64,000 bases of DNA from an uncultured bacterium (GCA_963702025.1 OY969699.1:1-64000); one strand, 5' to 3'; positions 10,856-21,101 are shown, counted from the first letter of the stretch. The notes: generated by a model not told the origin, from the sequence alone. Numbers and translations are program-made.

Positions 10856-11758
10856 TCAAGCAAAACTCGGCGGATCATCAATTTCATCAGGAGCAGATGA
10901 TGGCGCCTTTGGCCCAAAAATTTTATTTTTTACTGCACTTACTGCCGGCATTAATTTTCCATTTTTATGTGCATACAAGGCTGCCGCAGCGAGTGTGGCC
11001 AAACCACCGATAGCAATAGCCACTTTTTTATTTTCTTTGATGGTGCTGCCCAGTGCATATATCATCCGCATTGGCATGGATGGCAGATTTTTTTTGATTT
11101 CTGCAAGCACTTCTTGATCATTATATTCATTCACTGCAACACCCCATCCATATAAAGTGCTTTGCGCATCTAATTTTCTTTTAATATCATGAAGTGCTTG
11201 CGTACATTTTCGCATCAGCGGATACCGCCATTCAAAATGACAAAACTTGGAAGTTTGTTGGTTAAGCGCTTCTTCAAGCGAGTAGCCTTTGATTAATTTG
11301 TAAAATGCGCATGCAAAACCGGTGCGATCTGCACCTGCCACGCAATGAACTAAGATCGGCTCATTTTTCGGATCACTGAGCACATTGTATATTGCTTTTA
11401 CTTGTTCCTTTGTAGGTAACTTATTACCATTAAGCGTAACAGTAGTAATAATATCTCCGGCAACTGCTTTTTCTGCGTCAAACCAGATCCCATAGCCTTC
11501 GCGTAAATTCAAAATGGTTTTAATCTGTTTTTCATCAATCACCTTTTTCAAATCTTTTGGCGATAATGTTTTTGAACGATACAATGCGCCTTCTTGCACA
11601 GTTGCAAAATTATTATGGAACCAGGTGGCAGGATTTAATGCTGTTGGCATACAATAATGACGAATATAGGAAGGAATATTTTTGAACGTACTCATACCAG
11701 AAGTGGTGGCAGCAACCATGCTGAAGCTGAGAGCAAGAATGCGATACCAATTTTTCAC
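10856..11758 (-). CDS. Secreted dual-specificity/tyrosine phosphatase with C-terminal membrane anchor
   Basis: LVHCVAGADRTG P-loop (CX5R); NFATVQEGALYRS; signal peptide. Confidence 0.88.
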   Translation of the reverse strand: MKNWYRILALSFSMVAATTSGMSTFKNIPSYIRHYCMPTALNPATWFHNNFATVQEGALYRSKTLSPKDLKKVIDEKQIKTILNLREGYGIWFDAEKAVAGDIITTVTLNGNKLPTKEQVKAIYNVLSDPKNEPILVHCVAGADRTGFACAFYKLIKGYSLEEALNQQTSKFCHFEWRYPLMRKCTQALHDIKRKLDAQSTLYGWGVAVNEYNDQEVLAEIKKNLPSMPMRMIYALGSTIKENKKVAIAIGGLATLAAAALYAHKNGKLMPAVSAVKNKIFGPKAPSSAPDEIDDPPSFA

Positions 11759-11767
11759 GGGAAAATC

Positions 11768-12355
11768 CTAGTTATAATTTTGTTTAACAGAATCGACCAC
11801 TTCAGATAGCCCATTAAGACCTGCAGCAAGGGATGCTAATTCATCCTGATTAACTGGCGGGTTAACTACGTAGCTTTGTATAAAGGGCAGATGCGCACGC
11901 AGATCTTGGAAATTCGGATCATCGCAGAGCGCCGGCACATAGGCATCAGGACATCTGGTTATACAATCATTGGTATACAAATCGCCGCCAATGTTTTGTT
12001 TGGTCGCAATCGCATTTTCTATCATAAATTTATCGGTATGGATCGCTTTGCTTAAGTTGGTAAAAAAATCTCTGGTTAATTGCGCAGCTGCTGCCGGAAT
12101 TACTACAATGCTGAGTTGCGCGCCGGCACTATTTACTGGTGAATTATGTGTGCCAAATTTATAGGCACAGATTCCGCCGATAGCTGCAAGGGTGATGGCA
12201 CCGGCTACTCCATAGCGATAAGGATGACGTGCAATTGATGCTTTGAGATCTTGTATTTTTTGACGAGTCCAAGTTGTGGCATTAGATGATTCTTGGCCTT
12301 GCACAGAAATACTTGCAAGACCAAGAATTAAAATGAGATGAATTATAGTTTTCAT
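11768..12355 (-). CDS. Secreted hypothetical protein with HPY-TM motif
   Basis: Signal peptide; IARHPYRYGVAGAITLAAIGG. Confidence 0.7.
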   Translation of the reverse strand: MKTIIHLILILGLASISVQGQESSNATTWTRQKIQDLKASIARHPYRYGVAGAITLAAIGGICAYKFGTHNSPVNSAGAQLSIVVIPAAAAQLTRDFFTNLSKAIHTDKFMIENAIATKQNIGGDLYTNDCITRCPDAYVPALCDDPNFQDLRAHLPFIQSYVVNPPVNQDELASLAAGLNGLSEVVDSVKQNYN

Positions 12356-12417
12356 TCAGAATCCTTTGCAAATTTTTAAAAGCTATAAAAACGATATCTG
12401 AATAAAGTATAGCATGT

Positions 12418-13674
12418 TTAATTGGTTCTACCACAAACATGGTCAACTATATTCCGAATACGGCTCACGCTACGCTTAAATAATTGGCTATTCTGGTATG
12501 CCCTATTATCTTCTAAACTCGTCACTTCTTGCTGTCTGCTTGGTTCACCCATAGAATTTACAAGCGCAGGATCTTCTTCTTCCACATCACTCATTTGTGA
12601 CCCCTGTTTGAATTCTTGAACCCAAGGATGCTTTTCCTGAATGTCTGTTTTTTCAAAATCTTGGACCCACGGATGTGCTTGATTTGCATTATTATTTGTA
12701 TCAGCCACAGGAGGTAACTCTCTCTGAGCAACAAATCCTGAATCAGGAAATTGCTCATTCTTGGTAATTTGGCGTATTAAGTCATCCGATCCTTGGCCTT
12801 GCAAACGTAACGTTTGTTCAATGCTCGGATTATGCTCTGTTATTATTTTTAAACGGTTTTGAGCAGCTGGTGGCATAGTTTGGGGCAAATCAGAAACAGT
12901 AGATGCTGCGTTCTTGGCTGCTGGAAATGCATTATTGAATGCATTCAGCTCATTAGGGCTTAGTGGTTTAAATTCATGGTTAGTAATAACCTGATTATTA
13001 AAATTGTCCATGCGTGTTTGGGCAGGCGCAAATCGTGCTACTTCTTCTTCCATGGCCTCAGCCGCTTGATAGCTATCCCATATTTCATTGAATTCGTCAA
13101 TATTTGAGGTAACGGCATTAGATGCGATTTTTGGAGCGACTGGCGGTTCAATCCTAGGCATCACCGGCAATTGGTCCAATCCATTTACTGATTTAGCACT
13201 CAATGCATTAACTGCAGAAGAAATGCTATTCCAGCCATCACAAACCTTTTTAACGACTTTGGCACCTACTATAGTACCAACAGTGCCACCTACTATGGCT
13301 GCTAGTCCAGCTGCCGTGTGAATAATTGTTTTATTTTCTTCATAGGTCTTTTTACACCATGAGCCGATTTCATTACGCTTTACATACGCGTAACCACCTG
13401 CTACAGCACCCAAGGTAAACCAAGGATTTTTCCGTGCAAAGTCAGCCGTACCTACTGCGACATTCCCAAGAGCATTGGCTGTACCCTTCGCCGCAATGGC
13501 AGCATTTTTTACCAAATGCTCAGTAATTGCTTTTTTAGCTATTGGTTCTTGCGTAACTGCTTTTTCTATTTTTTGAGCAGCGCCCCATGATGGCCAGAAT
13601 GCATACAGGGATCCAAATGGCGACAGCAATGCAAGAGCACTGAGCAGTAAGCTCTGCTTTACATTCAATTTCAT
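12418..13674 (-). CDS. Secreted membrane-anchored protein with WxxxF repeats
   Basis: Signal peptide, two hydrophobic segments, low-complexity C-half with HPWVQDF and HPWVQEF. Confidence 0.75.
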   Translation of the reverse strand: MKLNVKQSLLLSALALLSPFGSLYAFWPSWGAAQKIEKAVTQEPIAKKAITEHLVKNAAIAAKGTANALGNVAVGTADFARKNPWFTLGAVAGGYAYVKRNEIGSWCKKTYEENKTIIHTAAGLAAIVGGTVGTIVGAKVVKKVCDGWNSISSAVNALSAKSVNGLDQLPVMPRIEPPVAPKIASNAVTSNIDEFNEIWDSYQAAEAMEEEVARFAPAQTRMDNFNNQVITNHEFKPLSPNELNAFNNAFPAAKNAASTVSDLPQTMPPAAQNRLKIITEHNPSIEQTLRLQGQGSDDLIRQITKNEQFPDSGFVAQRELPPVADTNNNANQAHPWVQDFEKTDIQEKHPWVQEFKQGSQMSDVEEEDPALVNSMGEPSRQQEVTSLEDNRAYQNSQLFKRSVSRIRNIVDHVCGRTN

Positions 13675-13779
13675 ATTAAATCTCCAGCGTTAATAGAGGT
13701 AGATATTTAAAATCTACCTCTCTATTTTTTCTAAAAATGTGCCCTCTCTTTTGTAGCACAATAATCATAGCGTCAAGAA

Positions 13780-15477
13780 TTAAACACTCTCAATCATTAT
13801 TTCCCAAAGATGTATATGACCTAAGTCGATTGCTAATTCAGCAGCGCTTTTGTTAGCTTTATCTTTAATATCATGAATTAAGCCTCCAACAAGATCGGCA
13901 TTTTTAACAAACGGCTTTAATATATCGCGCACCATTTGCTCATTGTTGGCAATCACTGCTCGATGCAACGCGGTATTGCCATCAGTATCAACAGCAGATT
14001 CTTTCTCAAGCAATTTCTCTATCTGCTCATTTTCGATACTTGGATTTTCCTCCACAAGATGCAACTGATATACCGGCTCTTCAACAATCTTTAATTGGTA
14101 TTCGCTTGATACCGGTAGCACCGTATTTAAGAGCTTGTTATCTTCTCTTTTCGGTGCAGAGTTATTTGTTTTTGCAAAGCGAGTCAATGATTCAACTATT
14201 TTTGAATCAACAGCATTGTCAACGTTCGAATGAGCATTATTATGCGATTGAGCAAAAGTATTAAGGACAAATTGTTCAACCGGCTGATACTGCTGCATAG
14301 GCAACTCTTCATCGCGAGCAAAAGCATATTTCATTGGTTGATCAGCATCTGAGTTTTGCCTATAAATTTCCGTTTCAACAGGCTTAATTTTTGTAAATTT
14401 ATGGGTGGTAGCAAGAGGCTCTGCCCATTTTAACTGCTTTTTGGTGCCTTCTTGTTTCACCTGAATTGGTTCTTCCATATCATTTACTGCGGGAACATTT
14501 TGTTCATCTTTCTGCACTAAATTTGCAGGAGTATAAAATAATGAGGGTGCAAGCGGCGCCGCGGGAGCGGGTCTTGTTTTGGGAGTAAGTATTACCTTTT
14601 TTAGTCTTGCTGGCGCAAGCGGTGCTGAATCGATAGATAATTGAGTATTTATTACTAGACCGTTTTTTTTACTTGCGGGTGCAGGTTTTGTTTTAGGAAC
14701 GAGTATTACCTTTTTTAGTCTTGCTGGTCCTTGAACAATCGGTAATTGCTTTGAATTATTATTTTCTGCAGACGCATTTACTTCAGCTTCAGGTAGTTGA
14801 TAACCAACATACCACATTGGGATGGTATCTGCAGGGGTTGAAAATTCTTCAACTGGCTCTTGAACAACCGCTAATTGTTTTGAATTATTATTTTCTTCTT
14901 GCTCATTCTTTTTAGTGTGAGTTGGTAGGATATCAGTTTGAGGATGGTCATTATTTACAATGCTTTGATTATTGTTATTGCTAGATAAATTGCTATCATC
15001 AAGCCACTTAACTTGAGCAGATTGGGCATTTTGATTATTAATCGCGCCTTGCTCAAAACTCGGCAATGAAGTATTGGTGTCAGTATTTACTACTTCGCGA
15101 ACAAGAGCAGCAGTACCGGCTCCGGCTGCTAGTGCACTAGCAGTACCAAGCATAGCGTTGCTTGATGGCACATAATTGCCCGCTTTACCCAATGCAGCAA
15201 CAGCGTTTTGAGTTTGCTTTTGAATAAAGGGTGAGTTTTGTACGTAGCCCTTAGTTGCATGCATTACAGCTCCTAGTGAAGGGGCTTTTGCAACAGCATT
15301 TGAACCAACCGTTTTAAGTGTTTTCCAGGTTGGCACTTTATTCCACTGATTAAGAGTCCATTCTTTAAGAGCTTTTGTTCCTTGGGACAAGACTGGCAAT
15401 TCCATAGGATAGGTTGCAAAAGGGATTGATAGTAAAAGACCTAACGAGAGTATCTTCATTGATTTACGCATATTCAT
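13780..15477 (-). CDS. Secreted low-complexity protein with internal repeats and C-terminal ankyrin
   Basis: DGNTALHRAV ankyrin motif; PARLKKVIL.PKT.PAPA x2; ENNNSKQL x2. Confidence 0.8.
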   Translation of the reverse strand: MNMRKSMKILSLGLLLSIPFATYPMELPVLSQGTKALKEWTLNQWNKVPTWKTLKTVGSNAVAKAPSLGAVMHATKGYVQNSPFIQKQTQNAVAALGKAGNYVPSSNAMLGTASALAAGAGTAALVREVVNTDTNTSLPSFEQGAINNQNAQSAQVKWLDDSNLSSNNNNQSIVNNDHPQTDILPTHTKKNEQEENNNSKQLAVVQEPVEEFSTPADTIPMWYVGYQLPEAEVNASAENNNSKQLPIVQGPARLKKVILVPKTKPAPASKKNGLVINTQLSIDSAPLAPARLKKVILTPKTRPAPAAPLAPSLFYTPANLVQKDEQNVPAVNDMEEPIQVKQEGTKKQLKWAEPLATTHKFTKIKPVETEIYRQNSDADQPMKYAFARDEELPMQQYQPVEQFVLNTFAQSHNNAHSNVDNAVDSKIVESLTRFAKTNNSAPKREDNKLLNTVLPVSSEYQLKIVEEPVYQLHLVEENPSIENEQIEKLLEKESAVDTDGNTALHRAVIANNEQMVRDILKPFVKNADLVGGLIHDIKDKANKSAAELAIDLGHIHLWEIMIESV

Positions 15478-15630
15478 GCGATTTCCTCCATAGAGATTGA
15501 TTTATAACCTTACATTCTACTCCCTAGATTATAGAAAATAAAAAGACTGTCAAGGATTCTACAGCACTTCTGGGTACTATATTTCTAATAATCAATTTTA
15601 ACCAGGGATACAGAGTTAGTTTATGAGCAA

Positions 15631-15656
15631 AAAAGCCCCCCGGTTAAGGGGGGCTA
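15631..15656 (-). terminator. Intrinsic terminator
   Basis: agcccccc-ggttaa-ggggggct flanked by an A-run (U-tail on the minus strand). Confidence 0.8.
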
Positions 15657-15661
15657 GTTAC

Positions 15662-16180
15662 TTACCAATTCCTGCGAACTAATAATGACGGATTTGGTGC
15701 ATGAGCCTGAATACTGGCTTGTGCGGCATCATCCTCCACTATCTGAGCTAATTCAAAAGGAGTATCACCATTTACATCCTTTGCCTTAAGATCAGCGCCC
15801 TGCTTAATCAGCTTTTCAATTAAAGAGCTTAACTCTAACTGCGCTACATCAATAGCAGTGGTGTTAAAAGGACAACCAATCGATTGCATTTGAGTAAGCA
15901 ATGATTTTTTATCCAGTTCAAGCTGATGCCTTTTTTCGATCACCTCAAAAAGAGCCTTTTCCAGATTGCCATTGGTAGAACGCAGCAAATGAATCATCGC
16001 TTTTAATTCAACGGGAAGCGAATCAATATTAATCTGCCCAAATCTGGCTAATGCCTTTTGGGTCAGCCAAACCAGTGATGGCAATCGCTTATTTGGCACA
16101 ACTTGTGACGGCTTTTCCATCGCAAGCAGGCAAAAGCAGGATAATAACAGAAATACGAAAAATGATTTAAATAATTTCAT
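15662..16180 (-). CDS. Secreted ankyrin protein with N-terminal SOCS-box-like motif
   Basis: LPSLVWLTQKAL...IDSLPVELKAMI; LIKQGADLKAKDVNGDTPFELA. Confidence 0.75.
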   Translation of the reverse strand: MKLFKSFFVFLLLSCFCLLAMEKPSQVVPNKRLPSLVWLTQKALARFGQINIDSLPVELKAMIHLLRSTNGNLEKALFEVIEKRHQLELDKKSLLTQMQSIGCPFNTTAIDVAQLELSSLIEKLIKQGADLKAKDVNGDTPFELAQIVEDDAAQASIQAHAPNPSLLVRRNW

Positions 16181-16272
16181 ATGAATTTCCTTATAAAAAT
16201 AATAATTAACTAATATTTTTTTGATTTATAAGGAAATCGGTGGGCTAATCCCACTGAGGATAAAAGAAAGTT

Positions 16273-16353
16273 TTAATAAGAGTATGGATAAGAGAAGAGA
16301 AGCAGATTAGAGTTGTTTTGAATTCCAACAAATAATGGCGTAACAAAAATCAT
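16273..16353 (-). CDS. Putative 26-aa leader peptide MIFVTPLFVGIQNNSNLLLFSYPYSY
   Basis: GAGG RBS; TTGACA upstream (16421-16426, minus); followed by hairpins covering the next RBS. Confidence 0.4.
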   Translation of the reverse strand: MIFVTPLFVGIQNNSNLLLFSYPYSY

Positions 16354-16434
16354 GATAACCTCATATACTTGATACATAAAAAATACTTACTTATCTTCAG
16401 AATATATAAAATATACAGTTTGTCAATATTAAAA

Positions 16435-17391
16435 TTACTTGTTTTTAAACAGCGCAAGATACCTACCATAGCCCTCTTTTTCAAGATCAGCCACCGGTAT
16501 AAACCTAAGCGCTGCTGAATTAATACAATAACGCAAGCCTGTTGGTGCAGGTCCATCTGGAAAAAGGTGCCCTAAATGGGAATCTGCAGTTTTCCCCCGC
16601 ACTTCAGTGCGAATCATCCCATGACTGTTATCTTCTGTCTCAATAACCTCCCGATCCTCCAGAGGTTTTGTAAAACTTGGCCACCCTGTTCCTGAATCAA
16701 ATTTATCTAATGAACTAAAAAGAGGCACTCCTGAAACTCTATCAACATAGATTCCGGGCTCTTTACTGTTCCAATATTCATTATTGAAAGGAGGCTCTGT
16801 TGCGCTGCATTTGATTACATCATATTGTAAGGGGGTCAGCTTACTTTCATCCGATTTTTTCTCACTAGCCCACGCTTTTGCCAGAAAGTCTGCACGCCCT
16901 GAACCCTTTTTATACCTCTGGTACGATTCGGGGTTCTTCTTATAATATTGCTGATGATACTGCTCGGCGGGGTAAAAGGTGGTAAATGGAATAATGGTAA
17001 CCGCTATTTCTTTGGTAAACCGCCCTGATTCCTGTAATTTCTTCTTTGATTCCTCAGCCTCTTTTTGTTGCTGCCCATCATGATAAAAAATAACAGGCAT
17101 ATATCCTGTACCTCGATCGGCAAACTGCCCACCTGCATCAGTTGGGTCAATCTGGCGCCAATACAGATCAAGAAGGGTTGGATAGCTCACTATCGCTGGA
17201 TCATACGTAACTTGAATCACTTCCGTATATCCCTTTTGGGCATAATCTTGATAGGTGGGATTTGGCTCCGTGCCACCGGCATACCCGGCAATCACCTCTT
17301 TTACGCCAGGAGTATTTTCAAAAGGTTGCACCATACACCAAAAACATCCGCCCCCAAAAGTGGCTTTTTTTTCACTGGATTCTAATATCAT
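16435..17391 (-). CDS. msrAB: Peptide methionine sulfoxide reductase MsrA-MsrB fusion
   Basis: [33 protein letters not shown]. Confidence 0.97.
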   Translation of the reverse strand: MILESSEKKATFGGGCFWCMVQPFENTPGVKEVIAGYAGGTEPNPTYQDYAQKGYTEVIQVTYDPAIVSYPTLLDLYWRQIDPTDAGGQFADRGTGYMPVIFYHDGQQQKEAEESKKKLQESGRFTKEIAVTIIPFTTFYPAEQYHQQYYKKNPESYQRYKKGSGRADFLAKAWASEKKSDESKLTPLQYDVIKCSATEPPFNNEYWNSKEPGIYVDRVSGVPLFSSLDKFDSGTGWPSFTKPLEDREVIETEDNSHGMIRTEVRGKTADSHLGHLFPDGPAPTGLRYCINSAALRFIPVADLEKEGYGRYLALFKNK

Positions 17392-17467
17392 ATTTTCTCC
17401 ACTAACCTTATTATTTGGACTAAACTATCATATAGAGAACTCAAAATGAAATAGATAGCAGGCATCA

Positions 17468-18529
17468 TTGGCGAAAAGCATAATATACCTCACCCCACCT
17501 CTTTTGCACGATTGTCATATTAAAGAAAAAATAGTCTGCATTCGCGCCCATCGCGAGCGCCTGTTTAATGTGTCAGCACAAAAAATCAATGAAAAACTTA
17601 TTTTCCATAATTATGGGCACGGCGGGGCGGGCTGGACATTTCTTTTTGGCTGCGTTCATGAATCGCTGCGTCAATTTGAGCAACAGCTTTTGTGCAACGA
17701 ACGTTTAAAAAAGAACCGAGTTGCCATTATCGGAGCCGGTTGCTACGGATTATTAACGGCATTGTATCTGGCACGCAAAGGATATGCGGTTCGCATTATT
17801 GCCAAAGATATTGATAATATTCCTTCTTATAAAGCGGCGGGCTTCTTTTTTCCGCGGCCACGCAAATGTTCAACGCCACAAGAAACAACAGTGTTTCATT
17901 CATTGGGCATGGAATCATATGCCACTTATCTTGCAATTGCCACCGGCACGCATCCCTTTATCGGCACGGGTGCCCAACTTTTACCTGCTTATTTTGGTAC
18001 TGATATTGAGCCGGGTTTTGGCCCATATCTTGCACATAAATTAATTGGGGCACCAAAACAGGTTCGCATCGATTTTAATACCGGTAAAATCTACGCTGCG
18101 ATGGCCTACACCACCGTTTTTATTGATGCTGCGGCAATCATGCAAGAGCTGTGGCGTCTTGTAAAAGAATTAGAAATTCCGGTTATCAGAACAGAAATTG
18201 CCACTTTTGATGATATTGAAGAATCGATTATTTTTAACTGCGCCGGGCTTGGTGCAAAAAAATTGACCGCTGATCCGCGCATCGTGCCGGTGCAAGGTCA
18301 TTTAATCATGCTCCAAAATCAGCCGGATATTTCTGTATTACACTATATGATCAACGTAAAAGTTATTCAAAAAGGCCCAAAAGGCATGCGTGATGAATTG
18401 ATCTACTTTGCACCCAAAGATGAGGGCATCTTAGGAATAACCTTTATTCGTGGGCAAGATTCGCCGACCGCTAATCACCATGAATTTGATCGGCTTTTGG
18501 AGCGATGCAAAACTTTTTTTGGCACTTGA
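17468..18529 (+). CDS. FAD-dependent D-amino acid oxidase-like protein, circularly permuted
   Basis: HNYGHGGAGW precedes VAIIGAGCYG; FNCAGLGA..PVQG. Confidence 0.8.
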   Translation: MAKSIIYLTPPLLHDCHIKEKIVCIRAHRERLFNVSAQKINEKLIFHNYGHGGAGWTFLFGCVHESLRQFEQQLLCNERLKKNRVAIIGAGCYGLLTALYLARKGYAVRIIAKDIDNIPSYKAAGFFFPRPRKCSTPQETTVFHSLGMESYATYLAIATGTHPFIGTGAQLLPAYFGTDIEPGFGPYLAHKLIGAPKQVRIDFNTGKIYAAMAYTTVFIDAAAIMQELWRLVKELEIPVIRTEIATFDDIEESIIFNCAGLGAKKLTADPRIVPVQGHLIMLQNQPDISVLHYMINVKVIQKGPKGMRDELIYFAPKDEGILGITFIRGQDSPTANHHEFDRLLERCKTFFGT

Positions 18530-18593
18530 AGATCATTGCCAAACTACTAAAGCAATGATTAAGATATAAGAAAAATAATTGGCTGAGGCTTTA

Positions 18594-19022
18594 ATGAGTA
18601 ATGATGTCGCTGTTAAAAATGGCATTACAATACCCGAACACGAGATAGAAATTTCCACCAGTAGATCTGGCGGTGCTGGCGGTCAACATGTGAATAAAAC
18701 TGAAACGCGGGTCACCGTGCGCTGGAATGTAAAAAATACGAATGCACTTAATGAGCACCAAAAAGAGATTGTTTTACAAAATCTAAGCAATCGCTTATCC
18801 GCGGATGGTGATCTGATTATCCACAATAGCACTTCGCGCAGCCAGCAACATAATAAAGAAATGGCCCTGGCACAGCTTGGCAATGAAATTCGCAAAGCAC
18901 TGCATGTTCCTAAAAAACGGATGAAAACAAAAATATCAAAATCTGCAAAAGAAGCACGCCTGCAATCAAAAAAACAGCGTAGTTTTATTAAAAAAATGCG
19001 AACTAGATTGTATGAGGATTAA
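18594..19022 (+). CDS. arfB: Alternative ribosome-rescue peptidyl-tRNA hydrolase
   Basis: SRSGGAGGQHVNK, RSQ..N and basic C-terminal tail. Confidence 0.93.
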   Translation: MSNDVAVKNGITIPEHEIEISTSRSGGAGGQHVNKTETRVTVRWNVKNTNALNEHQKEIVLQNLSNRLSADGDLIIHNSTSRSQQHNKEMALAQLGNEIRKALHVPKKRMKTKISKSAKEARLQSKKQRSFIKKMRTRLYED

Positions 19023-19978
19023 AAAACTTGTTCACTTTCAGCGAGCCTAGAGAGCCAATTCTTGAGTAATTGATTGCTAAAGGGAACAAACCATCCGCCT
19101 TTGGTGCACGTTCTCCCACTGCCATCGAGCTTATTTAAAGACTCAAGTTGTGCAATTTCATCCGGAGAAAGGGATATTAATTCGCTCTCAACATATTCCT
19201 TAAGATGTTCAGGATTGTTAACCGTTGTTAATATCGCAACCTCTTGCTGAGCCAACCAAGAATAAATAACTCGTGCAGGAGTTGTGCTATGGATTTGAGC
19301 AATTTTTTTTATTGTTGCATCTTCCAGTGCTCTACCTTGGATGATTGGCCGGTATGCCTGCATTGTCATCTGATTTTTCTTGCAAAATTCAAGCAACTCT
19401 TTGCGTTGAAAATAGGGATGGCATTCAACCTGATTCAAGGCAGGAATTTGGCCATTATCTTTTAACACTTGCAAATGCTCAACGTCAAAATTACTGACTC
19501 CCCAGTCTTTTATAAATCCAATTTTCTTCATCGATTCAAGTTCTTGAATAATTGCTACCATGCTAACATCCGGATATGGTCCATGGACGAGAAAAAATTC
19601 AGGAGTTTTACCAATTTTTTTCTTGGAATCGGCAATCGCTTGATAGAGCATTTCTTTATTTTTGAGATTTTCATTAAACAATTTAGTAATTATGATTATT
19701 TCTTGTGGATCAATGCCAGATTCAACAATCCCAGCACCAACCACTTCTTCATTATGATAGGCTTTAGCCGTATCAATCAATCGTAACCCTTTTAATAATC
19801 CGTCGACAATAGGCTTTTTTTCTACAATCTTCATAGTTCCCATACCACATAATGGTATAGTATGCCGCCACGATTCAATCATAAGTTCCTTTTTAGGACT
19901 TTGGCTCGTTTGGCTAGAGGTAGAAACTATCATAAATTGCCCTAAAATTTTTTGATTACATGGCACCAGGTTCATCAC
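19019..19978 (-). CDS. Aldo/keto reductase (start uncertain)
   Basis: IDTAKAYHNE, GVSNF, NQVECHPY. Confidence 0.88.
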   Translation of the reverse strand: MMNLVPCNQKILGQFMIVSTSSQTSQSPKKELMIESWRHTIPLCGMGTMKIVEKKPIVDGLLKGLRLIDTAKAYHNEEVVGAGIVESGIDPQEIIIITKLFNENLKNKEMLYQAIADSKKKIGKTPEFFLVHGPYPDVSMVAIIQELESMKKIGFIKDWGVSNFDVEHLQVLKDNGQIPALNQVECHPYFQRKELLEFCKKNQMTMQAYRPIIQGRALEDATIKKIAQIHSTTPARVIYSWLAQQEVAILTTVNNPEHLKEYVESELISLSPDEIAQLESLNKLDGSGRTCTKGGWFVPFSNQLLKNWLSRLAESEQVF

Positions 19979-20008
19979 TACTAATCTATAATTTTGACTA
20001 AAAATATT

Positions 20009-20872
20009 TTAGATATTTTCAATCTCTTTATTATTTTGCTTTTTCATACGCTCAGGTTTGTTTTGAGATAGAAAGTTTTCTTTTGAAACTACTTTTGATC
20101 CGGTTATTTGCTCAATATCTTTGCGTGTTCGCCCGGCAACTGCACCGCCATCTTTAGCATCATTTTTCAACTTAGCCACTCCTTGCGAGTCTCTTTCTTT
20201 ACTTATTTGAGTGGTGGTAGCCTCTCCCAGCATGGTAACGATAAGTTCCAAATCGGTCATATGATCACGCAAATTTTCTCGACCAAGACCCTTTATTTTC
20301 TTATGTTCGCTTACGTTCAACTCAAAGGCGCCCTGCATAATCTCATTGGTCAAGATTGCATAATCTCTTTCACTTTTTGCGCCCCGTTGATCCCACTCAT
20401 CCGTTAACTTTTCACGAATTGCTATGCCACGTAACCGTTTATCGATCCATTCTTGCGGATAACCCTTTTTTTCATAAAGCTGCTTAGCCCTTTGTATACC
20501 AAGCTCAGGATTTTCAATTTCATCGATCCGTTCTTTACCGACTTTGGCTAACCATTGCTTAAAAGGCTCCGCTTTTGGAGAGGGGATAGACTGTATGATA
20601 CGGAATATTCCTTCGGTAGCTGCACAATCAGTTTCATATTTTTTGCCATCAGAAGCTTCTAATTTCAGTTGTCGACAAATTGTCGACAACTCAGTACCAG
20701 CTTCCTTTTTTTCTCTTACTTTCATTTTATGCCAATAGTCACGAGGCTTCTCGCTATCGGTGAGAAAGGCAATAACGTCAATAACCGAGAACCACCATTC
20801 ATTATCTATGAACATTCTGCGAATTTTAGCGCCATGAAAGAGAGAAACTTTTGTTAATTTATTTTCAGTCAT
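20009..20872 (-). CDS. Bro-N domain protein
   Basis: EWWFSVIDVI, RIIQSIPSPKAEPFKQWLA, ENLRDHMTDLEL. Confidence 0.88.
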   Translation of the reverse strand: MTENKLTKVSLFHGAKIRRMFIDNEWWFSVIDVIAFLTDSEKPRDYWHKMKVREKKEAGTELSTICRQLKLEASDGKKYETDCAATEGIFRIIQSIPSPKAEPFKQWLAKVGKERIDEIENPELGIQRAKQLYEKKGYPQEWIDKRLRGIAIREKLTDEWDQRGAKSERDYAILTNEIMQGAFELNVSEHKKIKGLGRENLRDHMTDLELIVTMLGEATTTQISKERDSQGVAKLKNDAKDGGAVAGRTRKDIEQITGSKVVSKENFLSQNKPERMKKQNNKEIENI

Positions 20873-21101
20873 AATATTAGTCCTCAAGCTGAAATATGCA
20901 ATATTGAAATTGGTTATGTACTATTGTATCAATTTTTTTAATGAATTAATTTATCTTAAATATTACGCCAATATGCTTACCAGAGCAACTTTTTACAACA
21001 ATTTTTTTCGCAAAAAATGGACCGTTGACGTTATTACCCTTATTTATGGTAAGGTGGCACTAAGTAAAAAATAATAAACCTTAACCAAAAGAGAATAAAC
21101 T

